A program made the position numbers and the translations under genes. From the NCBI GenBank assembly GCA_035623825.1, contig DASPSR010000041.1, positions 1-50,803 on the forward strand: 50,803 nucleotides of DNA. Reading direction: 5' to 3'. Below the pieces are notes generated by a model. The model was not told the origin of the DNA, ran no database searches, and saw only the letters and a program-made list of their open reading frames with translations. The stretch comes from Nitrospirota bacterium. GTDB lineage: Bacteria; Nitrospirota; UBA9217. Below, in pieces: positions 44,959-50,803 of this stretch (position 1 is the first letter of the stretch; every line of letters begins with the position of its first letter).

Positions 44959-46662
44959 TCAGCTCCGTTCCTTAAGCAACGCTCCGAGCGTTGTGTCCGG
45001 CTTGGGTTGCTGGTTCATGTATTCCTGAAGCGTCGACCGGTCTTTTCCCTTGACGTGCGCCTTGATTGAGAGGGCGATTTTGCGGTCGTTCCTGTCCACC
45101 TTGATGACGCGGGCGGTCACTTCATCGCCTTCCTTGACTTCTTCAGAATCTTTCAGCATCTCCGAGACCGGGATCAGTCCCTCGACCCCGTGCTCCAGCA
45201 CGACGAACATCCCGAAATCCGTCCTCTTCGCCACCTTCACCGTTTCGTCCTGCCCCACCTTGTATCGCTCGGGGATGATCTTCTCCCACGGGTCCGGGCT
45301 CAGCTGCTTGAGTCCAAGCGAGATGCGCTCTTTCTGCGGATCGATGCTGAGTACCACGGACTTGACAGACTGACCCTTTTTGAGCACCTCCGAGGGATGC
45401 TTGACGTGCTTGGTCCACGACATGTCGGAAATGTGGATGAGACCGTCAATCCCCTCCTCGATGCCGACAAATGCGCCGAAATCGGTTATGGTCCTCACCT
45501 TTCCCTCGATCGTGGCGCCGACGGGATAGCGGTCACCAAGAGTGTGCCAGGGATTCGGTTCCACCTGCTTCATTCCGAGCGAAATGCGTTTGCCTGTCGG
45601 ATCCGCGGAAAGCACTACCGCCTCAATGGCGTCCCCGACAGCTACCAGCTTTGAAGGATGCTTGATCTTCTGGGTCCATGACATTTCCGAGACATGCACG
45701 AGACCTTCCACGCCATGTTCCAGTTCGACAAACGCCCCGTAGTCCGCCAAACTCACCACCTTGCCGCGCACTCTGGCGCCGAGAGGATACCGCTCTGCGA
45801 CCACCAGCCACGGATCCGGCGTCTTCTGCTTGATCCCGAGCGATACTTTTTGCTTTTCTCGATCGTACTTGAGCACGACAACTTCGATGCTGTCGCCGAC
45901 CTTGACGACCTCTGAGGGATGGGTTATCCTCCCCCAGGACATATCGGTGATATGGAGCAGTCCGTCGATCCCGCCGAGATCGACAAAAGCTCCGTACTCG
46001 GTGATATTCTTGATGACACCGCTCAGGATCTGGCCTTCAGCCAGCGTGGCGAGCGTCGCCACCTTCTGGGCGTTCTGTTTTTCCTCGAGGATCGCCCTCC
46101 GGGAAAGCACGATATTGCCGCGACCGGAGTTCATCTTGATGATCTTCATCTCAAGGGTCTGTCCGACCAGCTGTCCGAGGTTCTGCACGGGCTTGGTATC
46201 GACCTGTGAGCCGGGCAGAAAAGCTGTCACGCCCCCGATATCAACGGTCAGTCCGCCCTTGATCGTCGAAAGCACCTTGCCTTTCACCACATCGCCGGTC
46301 TGGTAGGCCCGGTTCAGGCTGTCCCACACCTGCAGCTTTTTCGCTTTTTCCCGTGAGAGAAGCAGGTTGCCGTTCGAATCTTCCGCCGCTTCGAGAAAGA
46401 CCTCGAGTTCGTCGCCCGGCTTCAGCGCCTTGAGCTCCGCTTCCGTAAACTGCTCAACGGGGATAATGCCATCCGACTTATACCCGAGGTCCAGCATCAC
46501 GACTCCAGACCTGACCTGGAGGACCTTTGCACGGACCACGGAACCCGCCTTGAATCTCTTGAGCGACTGATTATAAAGCTTTTCAAACTCTGTCTGGTGC
46601 TTCTCATGTCCGCCGGCGCTGTCTTTGTCTTCATGCTCGATGTCTTCACGCATTTCGTCCAT
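44959..46662 (-). CDS. rpsA: 30S ribosomal protein S1
   Basis: Repeated S1 domains (YGAFVDLGGIDGLLHITDMSW, YGAFVELEHGVEGLVHVSEMSW). Confidence 0.97.
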   Translation of the reverse strand: MDEMREDIEHEDKDSAGGHEKHQTEFEKLYNQSLKRFKAGSVVRAKVLQVRSGVVMLDLGYKSDGIIPVEQFTEAELKALKPGDELEVFLEAAEDSNGNLLLSREKAKKLQVWDSLNRAYQTGDVVKGKVLSTIKGGLTVDIGGVTAFLPGSQVDTKPVQNLGQLVGQTLEMKIIKMNSGRGNIVLSRRAILEEKQNAQKVATLATLAEGQILSGVIKNITEYGAFVDLGGIDGLLHITDMSWGRITHPSEVVKVGDSIEVVVLKYDREKQKVSLGIKQKTPDPWLVVAERYPLGARVRGKVVSLADYGAFVELEHGVEGLVHVSEMSWTQKIKHPSKLVAVGDAIEAVVLSADPTGKRISLGMKQVEPNPWHTLGDRYPVGATIEGKVRTITDFGAFVGIEEGIDGLIHISDMSWTKHVKHPSEVLKKGQSVKSVVLSIDPQKERISLGLKQLSPDPWEKIIPERYKVGQDETVKVAKRTDFGMFVVLEHGVEGLIPVSEMLKDSEEVKEGDEVTARVIKVDRNDRKIALSIKAHVKGKDRSTLQEYMNQQPKPDTTLGALLKERS

Positions 46663-46704
46663 TAAAATACCATACCTCCCGAAGATATTTGGCCAGTCTC
46701 AAGG

Positions 46705-47547
46705 TTACCGGCTGACCTTTCCATCCGCCAGTTTCTTCAGAACGCCCTCCACGACCCAATCGGGCGTGGACGCACCCGCCGTGACCCCTACCGCGGTCGC
46801 TCCTTCCAGCCATTCAGGCTGTATCTCATCAGCCACTTCGATGTGATATGTGGGTTTGCCTTCCTGTCTGCAGACGGAAACCAGCCTGCTCGTGTTGGCG
46901 CTGTTGCGCCCTCCCACGACCAGCATCACATCGACCTTCGCGGCCAGAAGACGCGCTGCGTCCTGGCGTTCCTTTGTTGAGTTGCAAATTGTATTGAAGA
47001 CCTTTAATTCCTTGGAAAGGCGTAATAATTTTATCACAATTTCTGAAAAATTGCCATACGATTGCGTGGTCTGCGCGACGACTCCTATCCGGCTGTGGAG
47101 CGTCAAGCCCTCGACTTCCGCCGCTGTTTCAACAACCACGGCATTTTCCCCTGCATAACCGAGTATGCTTTGCACTTCCGGATGTTTTTTCTCGCCGACC
47201 ACCACCACCTGATATCCCTCCTGGTGAAGAGCCTCGGCGTCCCGCTGGGCCTTGCTGACGAACGGGCAGGTGAGATTGATGATCTTCAATCCCTTCTCCT
47301 TGGCGTGTGCAAGCACGCGGGGAGGCACGCCGTGCGACCGGATAATGAGAGCGTCCCCCGATTTCAGAGAGTCAAAATCATCAACCGTCTTCACGCCGGC
47401 CTGATGCAGCCGCTCCACCTCCTGGGGATTGTGGATAAGCGGGCCGAGGCAATATACGCTGCCCTTGTCCGCGGCCCCGAACGCTGTCCGGATCGCACGC
47501 TTTACGCCGAAGCAGAAGCCGGCCTTGTCAGCCAAGAACACTTTCAT
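46705..47547 (-). CDS. ispH: 4-hydroxy-3-methylbut-2-enyl diphosphate reductase
   Basis: AGFCFGVKRA, IHN, RSHG, TCPFV, HPEV, QTT, NTIC, SAN, TAGASTP. Confidence 0.96.
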   Translation of the reverse strand: MKVFLADKAGFCFGVKRAIRTAFGAADKGSVYCLGPLIHNPQEVERLHQAGVKTVDDFDSLKSGDALIIRSHGVPPRVLAHAKEKGLKIINLTCPFVSKAQRDAEALHQEGYQVVVVGEKKHPEVQSILGYAGENAVVVETAAEVEGLTLHSRIGVVAQTTQSYGNFSEIVIKLLRLSKELKVFNTICNSTKERQDAARLLAAKVDVMLVVGGRNSANTSRLVSVCRQEGKPTYHIEVADEIQPEWLEGATAVGVTAGASTPDWVVEGVLKKLADGKVSR

Positions 47548-47553
47548 ATCCCG

Positions 47554-48231
47554 TCATCTCACCTTCGCAATCTCCGATATCATTCTGTCCAGCACGTCAT
47601 CGATGCTCATTTCGCTCGAATCGATCAGCAGGGCGTCATCGGCCTGTCTCAGGGGGGCGATTTTGCGTCCGCTGTCCTGACGGTCGCGGTCCCTGATCTC
47701 TTGCGTTATCCGGGCTCGATCGACGTCCATGCCCTTTGCCTTCAACTCGACGAACCGCCGTCGTCCCCGCTCCTCGACGCTCGCGTCGAGGTAAAATTTC
47801 ATGTCTGCCTCAGGAAACACGACCGTACCGATATCGCGGCCGTCCATCACCACCCCGCCGCTCTTGCCGAGTTCCCGCTGGAGCGTCAAGAGCCGCGCTC
47901 GGACAGCGGGTGATTTCGATACCGCCGACGCCATCATGCCCATGTCCGGCGTACGGATCTCGCCGCTCACGTCGATTCCGTCAACGAAGATCTTCGGGTC
48001 CTTGTTGTCCTTTTTGATGGTGACCACCGTCCGCGCGCACAGATCCGCGAGTCCCTCTTCGTCTTCCGGATCGATGCCCTCGCGCTTCGCCTTCCAGCCG
48101 ATCGAGCGGTACATAGCCCCCGTATCGATGTAGATGTAACCCAATCGTTCAGCCAGAAGCCGAGCCGTGGTGCTCTTGCCCGCTCCCGACGGCCCATCGA
48201 TCGCAATAACCAATCCATTCTTCTTCGCCAT
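47554..48231 (-). CDS. cmk: cytidylate kinase
   Basis: IAIDGPSGAGKST, DTGAMYR, DGRDIGTVVFP, RDRQD..R.IAPL. Confidence 0.97.
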   Translation of the reverse strand: MAKKNGLVIAIDGPSGAGKSTTARLLAERLGYIYIDTGAMYRSIGWKAKREGIDPEDEEGLADLCARTVVTIKKDNKDPKIFVDGIDVSGEIRTPDMGMMASAVSKSPAVRARLLTLQRELGKSGGVVMDGRDIGTVVFPEADMKFYLDASVEERGRRRFVELKAKGMDVDRARITQEIRDRDRQDSGRKIAPLRQADDALLIDSSEMSIDDVLDRMISEIAKVR

Positions 48232-48243
48232 ATCTATCGACCG

Positions 48244-49545
48244 CTATGATTGAGCTGCCTGGCCCAGTAACCGCGCGAATCCGGGGAACGAAGTGTCGAT
48301 CCATCCGGCGTCGCGCACCACGGTGTCTCCCTGGGCGGCAAGCCCGGCCACGGCAACCGACATGGCGATCCGGTGATCGCCGTGGCTTTCGCATACGGCG
48401 CCGGAAAGCGATTCCCTGCCCGCGATCTCCATGCCGTCGGGAAGTTCCTTGACATCGGCCCCCATTTTGCGGAGCTCTGCGGCCATCGTCGCTATCCTGT
48501 CGGACTCCTTGACCCGGAGTTCAGATGCGTTCCGTATGACGGTTTTCCCCTGTGCATACGATGCTGCTACGGCGATCACCGGGATCTCATCGATGGCCCT
48601 CGGGATCATTTCCCCGGAAATATCGACCCCATGCAGCTTTTTTTGACGTACGCGGATATCCGCCACCGGCTCTCCCGCCTGCTCGCGCCGATTCTCGAGA
48701 TCGATAGCTGCGCCCATCTCCGTGAGGATGTCGATGATCCCGACTCGCGTAGGGTTCACGCCCACGTTCCTGATCGTAAGATCAGATCCCTGCACAATGG
48801 ATGCGGCAACCATAAAAAAGGCAGCCGATGATATGTCCGAAGGTATGTCCAGGAACCCTTTCGCGGCGAGCTTCTGCCTGCCGCGGAGACTGACACGGGT
48901 GCCTTCTTCCGAGACCTCGACACCGAAGAACCGGAGCATGCGCTCGGTATGATCCCGTGATTTCGACGGCTCACTCACCGACGTCACTCCTTCGGCGTAC
49001 AGTCCCGCCAGCAGGACCGCAGACTTGACCTGGGCGCTGGCAACAGGACTGGCATAGTCGATCGACCTGACTCCTCTGCCGCCGCCTCTGATCGCGAGTG
49101 GAGCCAGCTTACCGCCGGAACGGCCATCGATCATCGCACCCATCTGTCGGAGCGGCTCCACGATCCTGGCCATGGGCCTCTTCCGAAGATACTGGTCGCC
49201 TGTGATAACGGAGAAGAAATCCTGGCCTGCGAGCAGCCCGGCGAGAAGCCTCATGCCCGTGCCTGAGTTTCCGAGATCGAGTATCTCGACTGGCTCTGAG
49301 AGGCCGTCAAGTCCCTTCCCGTGCACCACCAGCCGTTCCGTTCCCAGGCCTTCGACTGGGATTCCGAGCATCTGAACTGCCCGTGCCGTGTTCAAGGTAT
49401 CCTGCCCCTTGAGGAATCCCGTGATGACCGTATCCCCTTCCGCAATGGCGGCAAGCAGCACTGCCCGGTGAGAAATTGATTTATCCCCCGGCAGAACCAG
49501 CGCTCCCTTGACGCCGCGAGAGGGCTTTACCACGAGGTCCGACAT
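48244..49545 (-). CDS. aroA: 3-phosphoshikimate 1-carboxyvinyltransferase (EPSP synthase)
   Basis: PGDKSISHR, GNSGT, SAQVKS, RDHTE, ELRVKESDR, DHRIAM. Confidence 0.97.
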   Translation of the reverse strand: MSDLVVKPSRGVKGALVLPGDKSISHRAVLLAAIAEGDTVITGFLKGQDTLNTARAVQMLGIPVEGLGTERLVVHGKGLDGLSEPVEILDLGNSGTGMRLLAGLLAGQDFFSVITGDQYLRKRPMARIVEPLRQMGAMIDGRSGGKLAPLAIRGGGRGVRSIDYASPVASAQVKSAVLLAGLYAEGVTSVSEPSKSRDHTERMLRFFGVEVSEEGTRVSLRGRQKLAAKGFLDIPSDISSAAFFMVAASIVQGSDLTIRNVGVNPTRVGIIDILTEMGAAIDLENRREQAGEPVADIRVRQKKLHGVDISGEMIPRAIDEIPVIAVAASYAQGKTVIRNASELRVKESDRIATMAAELRKMGADVKELPDGMEIAGRESLSGAVCESHGDHRIAMSVAVAGLAAQGDTVVRDAGWIDTSFPGFARLLGQAAQS

Positions 49546-50406
49546 TTATCCCAGCCCTCTTCGCATATCGCTTGCCGCCGTGAGATCTTCTTCGAGCCGC
49601 TTGCCGTCCCCCTCGAGGATATCCTGCTTGAACCTGTTCAACGAGATCTGATATCGCTCGATCATCTGGACGATGTTCTCACGGTTCATGAGGCAAATAT
49701 CCCTCCAGATCTCCGGCGAGCTCGCAGCTATCCGAGTGAAATCCCTGAAGCCAGCGCCGGAATAACTGATATATTCCTCGACGCCCGTGTTCAGGTCGGC
49801 GACAGCAGACATCATGGCAAACGCCGCCACGTGAGGCATATGGCTCACGGCTGCAAAAACCTTGTCATGGACGTCGGGGTCCATCACGATCACGTTCGCG
49901 CCGGCGGCCTTCCACATTTCTTTCACGGTGTCCAGCGCCTGCGGATCGGTCTTCTGTGTCGGGGTGAGGATGCACTTCGATCCCCGGAACAGGGCATCGG
50001 ACGCCTCGGAAACGCCGAACTTTTCCTTACCCGCGATCGGATGTCCCGGAACGTAATGCGCGCCTGCGGGGACATGGGCCTCGATCTTTCGCACGAGTTC
50101 CCCTTTTACGCTCCCGACGTCCGTCAGGATAGCTCTTTTACTCAAGTGCGGTCCCAGCTCGCGGCTGACCTTCTCGAATGTCCCGACGGGAGATGCGAGT
50201 ACCACAAGGTCGGCGCCTTCGACGGCGCGCGCCGTACTCTCACCAATGCGGTCGATCACGCCGAGCCGGAGCGCCAGATCGAGCGTCTCTCTGCTCCTGC
50301 CCGCACCCGTTATCGAGCCGGCCAGCCCGGTCGTCCTCAAGACCTTAGCGAGAGAACCGCCGATGAGACCCACACCGATGATCGTGACGTTGTTAAAACG
50401 TGCCAT
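49546..50406 (-). CDS. tyrA: prephenate dehydrogenase
   Basis: IIGVGLIGGS, DVGSVK, GHPIAGKE, HD...A.VSHMPH, GFRDFTRIAAS. Confidence 0.94.
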   Translation of the reverse strand: MARFNNVTIIGVGLIGGSLAKVLRTTGLAGSITGAGRSRETLDLALRLGVIDRIGESTARAVEGADLVVLASPVGTFEKVSRELGPHLSKRAILTDVGSVKGELVRKIEAHVPAGAHYVPGHPIAGKEKFGVSEASDALFRGSKCILTPTQKTDPQALDTVKEMWKAAGANVIVMDPDVHDKVFAAVSHMPHVAAFAMMSAVADLNTGVEEYISYSGAGFRDFTRIAASSPEIWRDICLMNRENIVQMIERYQISLNRFKQDILEGDGKRLEEDLTAASDMRRGLG

Positions 50407-50538
50407 TCTTTTCCCGAGAAATCCTGAACTCCAGATCCGCAGTTCCAAGCAGTGCCTTGAAATTCGCGCTCAAAAATCCAGGCTGCTTCCGGTTCTTTCG
50501 GATCTTTTGAATTCTGTCGACTTGAAATCTGCCTCTTT

Positions 50539-50803
50539 TTATATTTCCCTCCCCACCGCCCTGGCGATGGGCCGGAGCTCATCCATGAGCTGCTTGAACA
50601 TCTTGGGCTTAAGCGACTGCTCGCCGTCACAGAGTGCCTCTTCGGGGTTGGAGTGCACCTCGATGATGAGGCCGTCTGCTCCCGCGGCGACTGCGGCCTT
50701 TGCCATGGGAGCGACGAGGTCCCACTTGCCCACAGCGTGACTGGGATCAACGACAACAGGCAGGTGCGTCATCTGTTTGAGCACCGGTATAGCCGAGAGA
50801 TCG
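50539..50803 (-). CDS. aroF: DAHP synthase (class I beta), 3' part; gene starts outside the window
   Basis: [43 protein letters not shown]. Confidence 0.92.
   Translation of the reverse strand, partial: DLSAIPVLKQMTHLPVVVDPSHAVGKWDLVAPMAKAAVAAGADGLIIEVHSNPEEALCDGEQSLKPKMFKQLMDELRPIARAVGREI

Noticed and set aside
50407-50538. Possible ncRNA between aroF and tyrA
   Set aside because: Only weak, degenerate repeat-like sequence; no recognisable RNA family.
1-50803. CRISPR arrays, tRNA/rRNA genes, transposases or integrases
   Set aside because: No regularly spaced repeats, RNA gene signatures or recombinase motifs were seen by eye.

Overview
Bacterial, moderately GC-rich window from a probable anaerobe. 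The aroF-tyrA-aroA-cmk-ispH-rpsA-sppA-ihfB gene order and the gene content suggest Nitrospirota or Desulfobacterota (inference only). About 43 kb is dominated by membrane electron-transfer systems. (1) Two different hyfB-C-E-F antiporter modules lie in tandem around a large/small subunit pair whose large subunit has lost the Ni-binding cysteines, i.e. an Ehr-type complex (1-13 kb). (2) A mixed block follows: GNAT, ankyrin/STN-like membrane protein, AcuC, nitroreductase, hydrolase, ACT protein and FAD oxidoreductase. (3) An alternative complex III/Qrc-like operon with split ActB and no ActF runs directly into cydAB (22.7-31.2 kb). (4) A locus with no catalytic subunit (32-43.7 kb) holds an M56-like peptidase, two tandem pairs of small paralogous membrane proteins each behind a conserved TAGGAA-N4-TTCCTA-like operator, a mini-Hmc/Hyb-like module, a 13-heme cytochrome c plus cytochrome b (split CbcL-like), and a CxxCH-containing sensor kinase with a NarL-type regulator. 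Locus 4 is the best candidate for an undescribed system. Housekeeping genes fill 43.7-50.8 kb. No rRNA, tRNA, CRISPR or transposase was seen. All calls come from motif reading, without database searches.
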